Below are positions 30,638 to 40,071 of a DNA stretch of 64,000 nucleotides, one piece after another. The stretch covers positions 32,001-96,000 of the forward strand of contig JBHJGN010000023.1 in NCBI GenBank assembly GCA_050331735.1, written 5' to 3'. The notes below the pieces were generated by a model, which ran no database searches, was not told the origin of the DNA, and worked only from the letters and a program-made list of their open reading frames with translations. Numbering within the stretch: the first letter of the stretch is position 1; the number at the start of each line of letters is the position of its first letter. This DNA comes from Cyanophyceae cyanobacterium. Its GTDB lineage: Bacteria > Cyanobacteriota > Cyanobacteriia > Cyanobacteriales > JBHJGN01. The translations under genes were made by a program, and so were the position numbers.

Positions 30638-31924
30638 ATGACTGATTCGTTACTCACCGATGCCAGTTCTCGACTAGAGCAGGCTTTAAAGTATATTTCT
30701 ATTTCAGACGATGCCGTGCAAAGACTGAAGCATCCGAAAGCTAGCCTCAGTGTTTCAATTCCAGTCAGGATGGATAACGGTTCGTTAACGGTCTTCCAGG
30801 GTTATCGGGTGCGGTATGACGATACCAGCGGTCCTGGCAAAGGAGGCGTACGGTATCATCCGGGGGTAACGATCGATGAAGTGCAGTCTCTCGCCTTCTG
30901 GATGACATTTAAAGCTGCCTTGCTGAATCTTCCCTTTGGTGGTGCGAAGGGAGGAATTGCTCTCAATCCTAAAGACCTGTCCAAGGCAGAGCTGGAACGG
31001 TTGAGCCGTGCCTATATCGAGGCGATCGCTGACTCTATCGGTCCCGATAAAGATATTTTAGCCCCGGATGTTTATACCAATGCCACCATCATGGGCTGGA
31101 TGATGGACCAATACAGCATTATTCAGCGAAAAATCACTCCCGGAGTCGTAACGGGAAAACCGTTGGCGTTAGGCGGCTCTCAAGGACGAAATCAGGCGAC
31201 GGCTGCCGGAGCTTTTGCCGCTATGCAGACAATTCTAGCGAAATACGGTCAGCCTCCCCAACAAACCACGGTAGCCATTCAGGGATTTGGCAATGTCGGA
31301 GCCGGACTCGCCACATTACTGTTTCACGTTGGTTATCGAATCGTAGCCGTCAGCGATTCTCAAGGCGGCATCTATGCCTCGCAAGGCTTAGATATTCCGA
31401 GCGTCCATCGCTACAAACAAGAACGCCATACCATGCAAGCAGTGTATTGCCAAAAAAGCGTTTGCAATATCGTTGAACATCAAACGATTAGCAACGAAGA
31501 ACTCTTGACCCTCGATGTGGATGTCCTTATTCCCGCTGCCTTAGAAAATCAGCTCACGGCGGCTAACGCCGCTGACGTTCGGGCCCAATTTATCTTTGAA
31601 TTAGCGAACGGTCCCACGACCTCTGAGGCGGACCAAATCTTAGAACGAAAAGGCACTGCTATCTTCCCCGACATTCTCATGAATGCAGGCGGCGTGACCG
31701 TTAGCTACTTTGAATGGGTTCAAAACCGCAGCGGGCTGTACTGGACTTTAGCAGAAGTCGAGCAGCGGCTCCAGGAGAAGATGAAGCAAGAAACTGAAAC
31801 CGTGTGGTCGCTTGCCCAAGAACTCTCTGTCTCTATGCGTACAGCCGCCTATATCCACGCCCTTAAGCGCCTGGGAGAAGCCCTCGATGCCAAAGGAACC
31901 AGAAACTATTTCGTTGGTCGCTAG
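30638..31924 (+). CDS. gdhA: Glu/Leu/Phe/Val dehydrogenase (glutamate dehydrogenase)
   Basis: GPGKGGVRYHP, LPFGGAKGG, APDVYT, QGFGNVG, NAGGVTVSYFEWVQN. Confidence 0.9.
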   Translation: MTDSLLTDASSRLEQALKYISISDDAVQRLKHPKASLSVSIPVRMDNGSLTVFQGYRVRYDDTSGPGKGGVRYHPGVTIDEVQSLAFWMTFKAALLNLPFGGAKGGIALNPKDLSKAELERLSRAYIEAIADSIGPDKDILAPDVYTNATIMGWMMDQYSIIQRKITPGVVTGKPLALGGSQGRNQATAAGAFAAMQTILAKYGQPPQQTTVAIQGFGNVGAGLATLLFHVGYRIVAVSDSQGGIYASQGLDIPSVHRYKQERHTMQAVYCQKSVCNIVEHQTISNEELLTLDVDVLIPAALENQLTAANAADVRAQFIFELANGPTTSEADQILERKGTAIFPDILMNAGGVTVSYFEWVQNRSGLYWTLAEVEQRLQEKMKQETETVWSLAQELSVSMRTAAYIHALKRLGEALDAKGTRNYFVGR

Positions 31925-32002
31925 TTCTAACTAAGCCGGAGGAAAAGAAATTGGTTCCTTTTCCCTTTACCCCTGATCCTTTTCCCATCCCGGAGGGTCA
32001 TT

Positions 32003-32680
32003 CTAATTCGCTGGCGATTCCTCCTCCGGTGGGAGGGGGCTCGCACCGGGAAGAGGCTCTTCTGCGGGAGTAGGCAGAGTTTCGCTAGGGTTCGACTCTA
32101 ATACTGGTTCTGGATCGCGGACTTCGGGCACTGGGATAAAGAAGAACGCGATCGCCGCTAAGGCTACACTAGCAGTTCCGAGGGCTGCCGGGGCTGCCCG
32201 CTGCACGAGCGGTTCTTCTGCTTGACGGTAGCGACGAGACACAGGCTGTAGCGATAGCGTCAGCTCAGGAAGGGTTTGACTGTCGGCAAATAGCTGATCG
32301 ACTGCTTCGACAAGATCGAAAAGCTGTACCGTGGTCAAATCCAGCTCTACTGTCTGCGACGGACCCGACTGCCAGACTAAACGATGAACATTTTTGTTAG
32401 CGGTCCTCGCTAAGGAGACTGTATCAGTTCCCTCTTGAGGCTGAGGGTGAGGGAGCTCGCTTAAATATTCCTGGGCATAAGCACTAACGGCTTTGACTAA
32501 GCTATCGAGAAAATCTCGCCCACCACTCAAAATTTGTTGAATCCCCACAAAACGGCATTCGGCGTTAACCAGGAGCGATAGTGGCGGGCGCTCGGAACTG
32601 AGGCCAGCGGCGCTGTCGTTACTTAATCCTTCCAAGATCAGGGTACAGTTGGGGAGGCTATACTGTCGGCGAATCGTCAT
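32003..32680 (-). CDS. DUF4335 family protein
   Basis: RRQYSLPNCTLILEGL, LTTVQLFDLVEAVDQ; ATGA-coupled to the upstream gene. Confidence 0.8.
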   Translation of the reverse strand: MTIRRQYSLPNCTLILEGLSNDSAAGLSSERPPLSLLVNAECRFVGIQQILSGGRDFLDSLVKAVSAYAQEYLSELPHPQPQEGTDTVSLARTANKNVHRLVWQSGPSQTVELDLTTVQLFDLVEAVDQLFADSQTLPELTLSLQPVSRRYRQAEEPLVQRAAPAALGTASVALAAIAFFFIPVPEVRDPEPVLESNPSETLPTPAEEPLPGASPLPPEEESPAN

Positions 32681-33306
32681 GCTACCTCTCCATCAAATAG
32701 ACTCGTCCAGAAACGCTTCATTCCTGCCGTACCCGTACAAAACAATAGCTGACTCAATAGCGATAACGCCAATTCATTCAAGGCTTCCTCTGAGCTTAAA
32801 TAAACAGCAACCTTAGCGCGACGGACATTCATCCGGCTGCGGAAGTGGGCCCGAAACCGTTCCAGATACTCAGACAAGCGAAAGTGATTTTCAAGGGGCA
32901 GACCTTTCTCTTTTAGCTGCTGTTCCGCTAGCAGGAGTTGCCGAATCAGAACGGTTAGGCGCTTTGCTAGGTAGCTGGCAATCACTACTAGAGCTTTTGC
33001 TTCTTCTAACTTTAGCGATTGGCGAGCATAGGAACGTCGCCAAGGATTTGTGCGGCGCAGTCGCCAAAGACCCACTCGGCTGTGGATGATTTTTTGCAGC
33101 TCTAGTTCTTTCGTGGTTGCCAACATATATTCCGATCCTCCTAGCTGAAGAGCTTCAATTGCTAGAAGCAACAGGTCAATTTTTCGTCCAACTCTCGCTG
33201 AACATCCCCGTGCCGAAACTGGAAAATCGGGTAATGCATCCAAAATTACAGGCTTAGTCTGGTCGGAAGCAGTAGAATTGGGCATTACGCTCGTAGAATC
33301 ACTCAT
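32677..33306 (-). CDS. DUF3038 family protein
   Basis: IDLLLLAIEAL, RVGLWRLR..NP.RR, LLFCTGTAGMKRFWTSLFDGEV. Confidence 0.85.
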   Translation of the reverse strand: MSDSTSVMPNSTASDQTKPVILDALPDFPVSARGCSARVGRKIDLLLLAIEALQLGGSEYMLATTKELELQKIIHSRVGLWRLRRTNPWRRSYARQSLKLEEAKALVVIASYLAKRLTVLIRQLLLAEQQLKEKGLPLENHFRLSEYLERFRAHFRSRMNVRRAKVAVYLSSEEALNELALSLLSQLLFCTGTAGMKRFWTSLFDGEVA

Positions 33307-33630
33307 TTCAAAGTCGCTTAATAAAGGTCAATCCTTTTTGGCTCTCTGTTGCTGTATGTCTAAATTAACTAACTTTTGCTCTGCTTGTCTCATTCCCTGG
33401 TTTGCTCTGCCCACTAGCCTGTAAGCGGGATTAATTACCTTCTGATACCATCAAAGCCTTGTGAAGCAACTTCATGGAGGAGCAAATCATAAAAGAATTT
33501 GCCCAGTCTAACATTGTACGATTTTTTTTGGGAAGCGAGATCTGCTAAATTTGATGTCATTGTTTGAGACCAAGTTGAAGTATTAAACCCTGAATGTCCT
33601 GCTACTACTACCCTAAAGAACAGCGTTTTT

Positions 33631-34149
33631 ATGGATTTGAAAGCACTCATTCGCGATATCCCAGATTTTCCCAAGCCGGGAATTCTCTTTCGCGATATCA
33701 CGACGCTACTGCGCCATGCCGATGGTTTTCGCTATACCGTTAATGCTCTGACTCAAAAGTGTCGAGAGGCAAATTTGCAGCCGGATTACGTCGTCGGTAT
33801 TGAGTCCCGTGGCTTTATTTTTGGTCCGCCTCTGGCCTATAACTTGCAGGCAGGATTTATTCCTGTTCGCAAGCCAGGTAAGCTTCCGGCCCATGTCCAT
33901 ACGGTTGAATACCAGCTAGAGTATGGAACCGATAAACTAGAAATTCATCAAGATGCTCTTACCCCTCAGTCCCAGGTTCTCATTATCGACGACCTGTTGG
34001 CAACGGGAGGAACAGCAAAAGCCACCGCAGATTTGTTAGAAAAAGTTGGCTGTGAGGTACTGGGGTTCGGTTTTATTATTGAGCTCACAGAGTTAGCTGG
34101 TCGCAACAAGCTACCGCAGCGACCCATTATTACTTTGGTAGAGTACTAA
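33631..34149 (+). CDS. apt: Adenine phosphoribosyltransferase
   Basis: [30 protein letters not shown]. Confidence 0.96.
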   Translation: MDLKALIRDIPDFPKPGILFRDITTLLRHADGFRYTVNALTQKCREANLQPDYVVGIESRGFIFGPPLAYNLQAGFIPVRKPGKLPAHVHTVEYQLEYGTDKLEIHQDALTPQSQVLIIDDLLATGGTAKATADLLEKVGCEVLGFGFIIELTELAGRNKLPQRPIITLVEY

Positions 34150-34270
34150 AATAAATCGCGAACGCGATGGGAAAAGGAAAACTAGCTAGTCCGGTTCTTG
34201 TCCCTTCTGTTTTGTACTCCCTAATCCGACAATCGGAGAGGGGAAAGAGACATCTTGGGGAAGTCAGACC

Positions 34271-34300
34271 ACCATTAACCATCAACCATTAACCATCAAC
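34271..34300 (+). repeat. Heptamer tandem repeat (STRR-type ACCAT[T/C]A x4)
   Basis: ACCATTAACCATCAACCATTAACCATCAAC. Confidence 0.7.
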
Positions 34301-34309
34301 AAACTGCCT

Positions 34310-35353
34310 ATGACTTCTACTAGGAATGCTCCCCTCAAGACAAATTGGCTGCCAGCCTTGGTCGCGAACGAAACTTTTCTTTATGTTGTCAAACGGCTTC
34401 TCCAGGGGCTGTTAACCTTGTTTCTCGCTTCCGCTCTGAGCTTCGCCATCATTCAGCTAGCTCCGGGAAACTATTTAGATAATCTGCGGCAAAATCCCAC
34501 CATTTCCCAAGAAACCTTGGATGCCCTAGAAAGACAGTTTGGTTTAGATCAGCCTGCTTTGATTCAGTACTGGCGCTGGCTGACGCAGGTGGTAACTCGC
34601 TTCGATTTTGGCATTAGTTTTGTTTATTCTCGCTCAGTCGCTTCGCTGCTGCTAGAGCGCATTCCGGCCACTTTGCTCCTGGCCATATCTACCATTATCA
34701 TTACCTGGGCGATCGCCATTCCGCTCGGCATTGTCAGCGCGGTTAAACAAAACACCTTCACTGACAAAATTCTGCGCGTGATTAGCTATCTAGGTCAGGG
34801 GTTTCCCAGCTTTATTACCGCGCTCCTGTTACTCATTATTGCTCAAAATACCTCGCCGCTGTTTCCCGTCGGCGGCATGACGAGTATTAACCACGACCAG
34901 TTTTCCCCCATCGGCAAGGTGCTCGATATTGGCTGGCACATGATCCTCCCGGTGATTGCGCTGACCATTACTAGCTTTGCCGGGCTACAGCGTTTGACAA
35001 GAGGTCAGCTTCTCGACGTGCTGCGCCAAGACTACATTCAGACGGCTCGCGCTAAGGGTCTGCCGGAAAGTAAGGTGCTCTACGTTCACGCTCTGCGGAA
35101 CGCCGTTAACCCCCTGATTACGCTGTTGGGGTTTGAGTTTGCCAGTTTGCTCAGCGGTGCTTTCATTGCCGAGTATTTCTTTAACTGGCCCGGTTTAGGA
35201 CGCTTGATTCTGCAAGCAGTGCAGGCTCAAGATCTCTATTTGGTGATGGCGAGCTTGATGATGGGAGCGGCGATGCTGATTGTTGGTAATCTCCTTGCAG
35301 ATCTACTGCTGAAGGTAGTCGATCCGCGGATTCGCCTCGAGAATCTGGAGTAA
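34310..35353 (+). CDS. Peptide/nickel ABC transporter permease (OppB/DppB type)
   Basis: FGLDQP..QYWRW, DYIQTARAKGL, HALRNA, WPGLGRL, DPRIR. Confidence 0.92.
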   Translation: MTSTRNAPLKTNWLPALVANETFLYVVKRLLQGLLTLFLASALSFAIIQLAPGNYLDNLRQNPTISQETLDALERQFGLDQPALIQYWRWLTQVVTRFDFGISFVYSRSVASLLLERIPATLLLAISTIIITWAIAIPLGIVSAVKQNTFTDKILRVISYLGQGFPSFITALLLLIIAQNTSPLFPVGGMTSINHDQFSPIGKVLDIGWHMILPVIALTITSFAGLQRLTRGQLLDVLRQDYIQTARAKGLPESKVLYVHALRNAVNPLITLLGFEFASLLSGAFIAEYFFNWPGLGRLILQAVQAQDLYLVMASLMMGAAMLIVGNLLADLLLKVVDPRIRLENLE

Positions 35354-35382
35354 TCCCCTTTCCGTTCAATTCAACTCAAGTT

Positions 35383-35658
35383 ATGCTGTCTCAACTTTAC
35401 CTAATTCGTTCCAAAGCTGATGGGTCATATCTGGCGGCTCATCCGACCGATGAGGCTAACTATCTCTTGATGTTTAGAGAAAAATTTGAGGCGCTATCGT
35501 ACCTCAACACGCACGGTCAAGGAGTTGCTGATCGCTTTGCGGTTGAATCAATTCCGGGAACTCAGCTCAAAGCCCTGCTTCAGCGCTGGGGGTTTAGCGG
35601 CGTGGGGTTAGTGCAAGATCCGTTGATTCCGCAGATTCAGTTTATGACTTATCAGTAA
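35383..35658 (+). CDS. Conserved hypothetical protein
   Basis: YLIRSKADGSYL, ALSYLNTH, RWGFSGVGLVQDPL. Confidence 0.7.
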   Translation: MLSQLYLIRSKADGSYLAAHPTDEANYLLMFREKFEALSYLNTHGQGVADRFAVESIPGTQLKALLQRWGFSGVGLVQDPLIPQIQFMTYQ

Positions 35659-35756
35659 GTCGTGGTTTTCAATAGCGTGTTGAGATTTTTGTTGATGGTT
35701 GATGGTCTGCTCATTCCGTTGTTGGAAACAAGGACTAATTTAAAACAGAGAAGCTC

Positions 35757-36704
35757 CTAGTCAACGAGCTGTAGCAGTCCTTGAGCGAGGCGATCGCGGA
35801 TTTGTCTAACTTTGTCTTGTTCCGCAGCGCCTAGAGATGCTTGCTGCATTAACCCGAGCAGGCAACTTTGCTGCTGGCGAGTGATTTGCCGCCGCTGTAG
35901 AATATCGTCAAGGTGGTTGCTGCAAACGCGATGTTTCCCACTATTGCTAGTTTGACTGGAAGAAAAAGACTGGAGAAAAAAATCAAGAGTACTTTGCTTA
36001 AGTAAGCCCTTGAGCACCGCCACTGAACCAAAACGAAGTCCGGTCTGTTGTTGCTCAGCAAGAATGGCTTGAATTTGTTTGTCGGTGAGCAGAGCCGCCT
36101 GTTTGAAGTATTGACCAATAGGCTGAGGGCGATCGCCCTCAGCACAGGGGTTTGCCCAATCTTGGTAGGAAAAGCTTTGCCACTGGTCAACGACAAAATT
36201 AACTGTTTCCTGCTTCAGCCATCCTCGCAACGCTAATATTTCTCCCAGCTTAAGCTCAGTAACCGCTTGATCTCGTAAAGCCATTTCAATCTGTGCCGCC
36301 GAGACCAGACCTGCTTCTTGTAAAATAGCGCCCAGCGGTTTCTTGTCGGCAGAATACTCAGTGTCGATGAGATAGCGAGCTTTAACATCGTAGCCGAGAT
36401 CGATTACGTCTCCGTGTTGCAGTTCCCGCACCGAGCATTTTTCTCGATTAACCAAAATCCCGTTCTTACTCCTGTTGCCGTGAAGATCGCCATCAAAAAT
36501 GTAGTAAGAACATCGATGAGTGGTGCGATCTTGCTTGAGGACCAAGGTGGCGTGATGTCGGGAAATCTGGTTAGAGGAAATCACAATCGAATTGCCGACA
36601 TGACGACCAATAGAATAAACGGTGCCCTGTAGCACTTCAGGCTTGTCTAAACCTTCTATGACTAAAACGGCTTGAAAAGGCGGGACCAAATCGGAAGTTG
36701 ACAT
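35757..36704 (-). CDS. FHA domain protein with tandem MshEN-like repeats
   Basis: FHA IGR..ISRHHA..SKNG; PLGAILQEAGLVSAAQIEMALRDQ and PIGQYFKQAALLTDKQIQAILAEQ. Confidence 0.8.
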   Translation of the reverse strand: MSTSDLVPPFQAVLVIEGLDKPEVLQGTVYSIGRHVGNSIVISSNQISRHHATLVLKQDRTTHRCSYYIFDGDLHGNRSKNGILVNREKCSVRELQHGDVIDLGYDVKARYLIDTEYSADKKPLGAILQEAGLVSAAQIEMALRDQAVTELKLGEILALRGWLKQETVNFVVDQWQSFSYQDWANPCAEGDRPQPIGQYFKQAALLTDKQIQAILAEQQQTGLRFGSVAVLKGLLKQSTLDFFLQSFSSSQTSNSGKHRVCSNHLDDILQRRQITRQQQSCLLGLMQQASLGAAEQDKVRQIRDRLAQGLLQLVD

Positions 36705-37033
36705 AACTAGATGCTGAGAGTCGCTATTTACTCATTTCATAATGGATTTTTAGATAAACAAACTCGTCATTCCCACTGAAACCTGTCAAGATAGCCCCCT
36801 TGCTAGTTAGTTTTACTGAATCAACATTCGCTCTCCATTAATGAATCACTACCAGCCTGTATAAGCCTTGAGCGGGACGCAGGCAGGGCTGCCCTAGACG
36901 GAGGAACTTCCCTGACGGTCAGTCGTCGGTAATATTGCTTACCTTACTCGCCATTAGGCTTTTGCAGACCGAGCCAGCTTGCTTTGAGGCGAATACAAGC
37001 TTACCTACTGTCATTCCTGCTCATTTCGTGCCT

Positions 37034-38065
37034 ATGAAAATCTGCTCCTGTCAAGCAATGGGAACCACTTTGTTGAAACTGATGGTGACAGTTTTGCCGG
37101 GGTGTTTCACTTTGTTGACCCATAGCAGCGCCGCTTGGTCTGGAGAGCTAGAATACTGGAGATTTAATGCTCAACTCAGCCGCTTAGAAATTATTACCGC
37201 AGAGGCTGTTCGTCCCCAGGTGCAGCTCATTGGCAACCCAACTCGTTTAGTGGTCGATTTGCCCGACACCAATCTAGGACAGCCCCCGAAAAGTCAAATG
37301 ATTGGTCGCTTTGTAAAAGAGGTGCGGGTCGGTCAGTTTAATCCTCAGACAACCCGAATGGTTGTTGAACTAGGTGAGTATACGATGCGTCCCCAAGAGA
37401 TTCGGGTTCGCAGCCTCGCGCCCAATCGCTGGTTTGTGCAGTTGCCCAAACTCCAGCCGCTCTCGGAGCGATTACCTCCCGCCAACGGGGCCGTGGTGAT
37501 CGCCGTTTTTCCGCCCCAGCCTCATCCAGCTAGCAGAACCGTCGTCGCCATCGATCCGGGTCATGGGGGAGTCGATCCCGGAGCAATTGGACGCGACGGG
37601 ATTCAAGAGAAAAATATTAATCTGCCTATTGCTCTGGAGGTGGCTAAAATCCTGAAACAGCAGGGAATGCAGGTAGAGTTAACTCGGACAGGCGATCACG
37701 ATGTTTCCCTTTCCTCTCGGGTTGCCCAGGCAGAAAGAGCCAATGCGGCTCTTTTTGTTAGTATTCACGCTAATGCAATTAGTCTCAGCCGACCAGAAGT
37801 CAATGGTTTAGAAACGTACTACTATCGCAGCGGCGTTCGGTTAGCTCAAAGCATTCACAACAGCATTCTGCGTCGTCTCGACGTTCGCGATCGCGGCGTG
37901 AAGCAGGCTCGGTTTTACGTGCTTAGAGAAACGTCGATGCCAGCAGTGCTGGTAGAAGTTGGCTTTGTAACGGGGAGTGAAGATAGCCGTAACTTAGTCA
38001 ACGCCGCCTATCGTCAGCGGATGGCGGAGGCGATCACCGCTGGCATTGTTCAGTATCTTCAATAA
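37034..38065 (+). CDS. N-acetylmuramoyl-L-alanine amidase with AMIN domain
   Basis: NPTRLVVDLP, VRVGQFNPQTTRMV, IDPGHGG.DPG, SIHAN, LVEVGF; start uncertain. Confidence 0.9.
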   Translation: MKICSCQAMGTTLLKLMVTVLPGCFTLLTHSSAAWSGELEYWRFNAQLSRLEIITAEAVRPQVQLIGNPTRLVVDLPDTNLGQPPKSQMIGRFVKEVRVGQFNPQTTRMVVELGEYTMRPQEIRVRSLAPNRWFVQLPKLQPLSERLPPANGAVVIAVFPPQPHPASRTVVAIDPGHGGVDPGAIGRDGIQEKNINLPIALEVAKILKQQGMQVELTRTGDHDVSLSSRVAQAERANAALFVSIHANAISLSRPEVNGLETYYYRSGVRLAQSIHNSILRRLDVRDRGVKQARFYVLRETSMPAVLVEVGFVTGSEDSRNLVNAAYRQRMAEAITAGIVQYLQ

Positions 38066-38207
38066 AATTAAGAGCAAACTCCTAGTAGTCTTGTAGCAAA
38101 TTTCTGCCGGTGTTTCTGTCAACGGTTGTACAGATGCTTTTTCCGATGACCGCTAGTTTAAAATTACCCCTGTAAAGTACTCAGGAATCTTCTGCTATTG
38201 AAACTCT

Positions 38208-38999
38208 ATGCCGCAACTTTGGACATTAACCCAAGGAGATCAGCCCGTCATCGCTGTTGCGCTCCACGATGGTCACGACGTGCGCCCAGAAGTAGAAAAA
38301 CTGTTTGCCCTCAGTAGAGATGAGCGCAAGCGCGAAGAAGACCCCTTCACGGCTCGCTGGACAGATATTGCCGATACCCGCTTGGTGGTGCTGCGATCGC
38401 GCTTTGAACTAGATTTAAATCGACCAAGACATAAAACGGTTTATCTCCAGCCCGAAGATGCTTGGGGCCTCAAGGTCTGGCGCGAACCACCTCCAGCAGA
38501 TATTTTGGAGCGAACTTTAGCAGAATACGATGCTTTTTACTCCACCGTTAAGGAGCTTTGCCAAAGTTTCGAGCAGCGCTACGGACACTTTGTCATTTAC
38601 GACCTTCATACCTACAATCATTATCGGGACGGACAGCATGCTTCCCCCGCAGCACCATCTCACAATCCAGAAGTGAATTTGGGAACAGACTATATTGACC
38701 GAGACTACTGGTCTCCTGTGGTCGAGCGTTTTCTCGACGATATGCGTCGCTTCCAATTTTTAGGCGAGCAGTTAGATGTACGAGAGAACGTCAAGTTTTA
38801 CGGTGGATATTTTGCTCAATGGGTCAGCCAGCACTTTCCTCGTTCAGCCTGCGTGTTGTCTGTCGAGGTGAAGAAGTTCTTCATGAACGAATGGACTCAT
38901 CAACCGGATCTAATCAAGCTAGAATCTGTGCATCAGGCACTGCGAGCTACGGTACCAGGAGTAATAGAGGAATTGCAGCGGCTTTCTAAAGCAGCATAA
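38208..38999 (+). CDS. N-formylglutamate amidohydrolase family protein
   Basis: ALHDGH, REEDPFT, SRFELDLNR, DLHTYN, NLGT, ENVKFYGG. Confidence 0.85.
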   Translation: MPQLWTLTQGDQPVIAVALHDGHDVRPEVEKLFALSRDERKREEDPFTARWTDIADTRLVVLRSRFELDLNRPRHKTVYLQPEDAWGLKVWREPPPADILERTLAEYDAFYSTVKELCQSFEQRYGHFVIYDLHTYNHYRDGQHASPAAPSHNPEVNLGTDYIDRDYWSPVVERFLDDMRRFQFLGEQLDVRENVKFYGGYFAQWVSQHFPRSACVLSVEVKKFFMNEWTHQPDLIKLESVHQALRATVPGVIEELQRLSKAA

Positions 39000-39260
39000 A
39001 CAGCAAGCGGCTGGTAGTTTTTCTGGAGAAAATCTTGCTGTATTCAGCATTACAGAGAAAGAATTTAAAGACACTGTAGCTCTCAGAGTGACAACTAGCG
39101 GAAGGCATTTGGTTACATAGCAGTTGCTGTAGATGCTCTAGAGCAAGTCTTGGCTAAACAGACGATATAAATCTTACAGGTGTACATTAAATATTTAAAG
39201 TGTACATGGTTGTAATTATAAGTGTACGAAGTTGTAATTTGAGCGTATAAAGTAGACAAT

Positions 39261-39550
39261 ATAAGTGTTATAGAGAAGGGAAGTCTAGATAAACAAGGTT
39301 ATAAGAATAGCAGTCGAGCTTTAGTCATCCCTTAATCCCTCAGATCTGCCCTGTATTGTACAATCTCCATGAATATAAAACTGGTTTGGACAAGAATGAA
39401 ATAGATCCTGATTGGGAATACAAATCAGAAACTCTGCGTATGTTTTTAGAGTTTATAGACTCGGAGATAGAGGCTGATCCATCAAAGCTAGTTTCTCCAC
39501 ATGATTTAGGCTATGATTCTGACGAGGAGCTAACGACAGGAGTTCTGTAG
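39261..39550 (+). pseudogene. PrlF/AbrB-type antitoxin remnant
   Basis: Frame from 39261 reads ISVIEKGSLDKQGYKNSSRALVIP*SLRSAL (AbrB-like, stop 39333-35); C-terminal FLEFIDSEIEADPSKL is in another frame. Confidence 0.6.
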
Positions 39551-39553
39551 ATC

Positions 39554-40000
39554 TTGGTAGAGCCATTAATTAGAAAGGGATGGAAATAAATATTCCATCC
39601 TCTTTTCAGTAAACAGTACAAAGTATTGGTGGCTCGGGCAGGGCAGCTTAAGCAAAAGCTTACTGAATCTGACTATAAGCAACATCCTGACGTTAAACTT
39701 TTTACAATTATCCGTTTATTAATAGATGAAAAAATTCCTATCGCTCCGCCTGCGTCTCATTTTGCTCTAAGGGGAGATCTTAAAAAGTTCTCTCGCGTCA
39801 AGGGGATGGGGTTGCCTAAAAGATATAGATTATTTTTTCGGGCTGATCCAGTTACTTCGACAATTGTAATCATCTGGTTGGGTTATCCAAGAAAAGAGGG
39901 AGACACAAAGGATTGCTATACGGTGTTTGCCAAAAAGGTATCAAGAGGAGAAATCCCACAAAGTATTGAGGAGCTACTCTCTAGTGTTGAAAGCTGGTAG
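39554..40000 (+). pseudogene. YhaV-family toxin with premature in-frame stop
   Basis: VEPLIRKGWK*IFHPLF (TAA 39587-89) continues in frame to RVKGMGLPKRYRLFFR, IWLGYPRKEGD..DCYTVF. Confidence 0.75.
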
Positions 40001-40071
40001 CCATAACCGTCCACAAAAGTTGACTTCTCAAAGGTTAGTTTAACTTAAGGATTTTTATTGAAGCCACTTAT

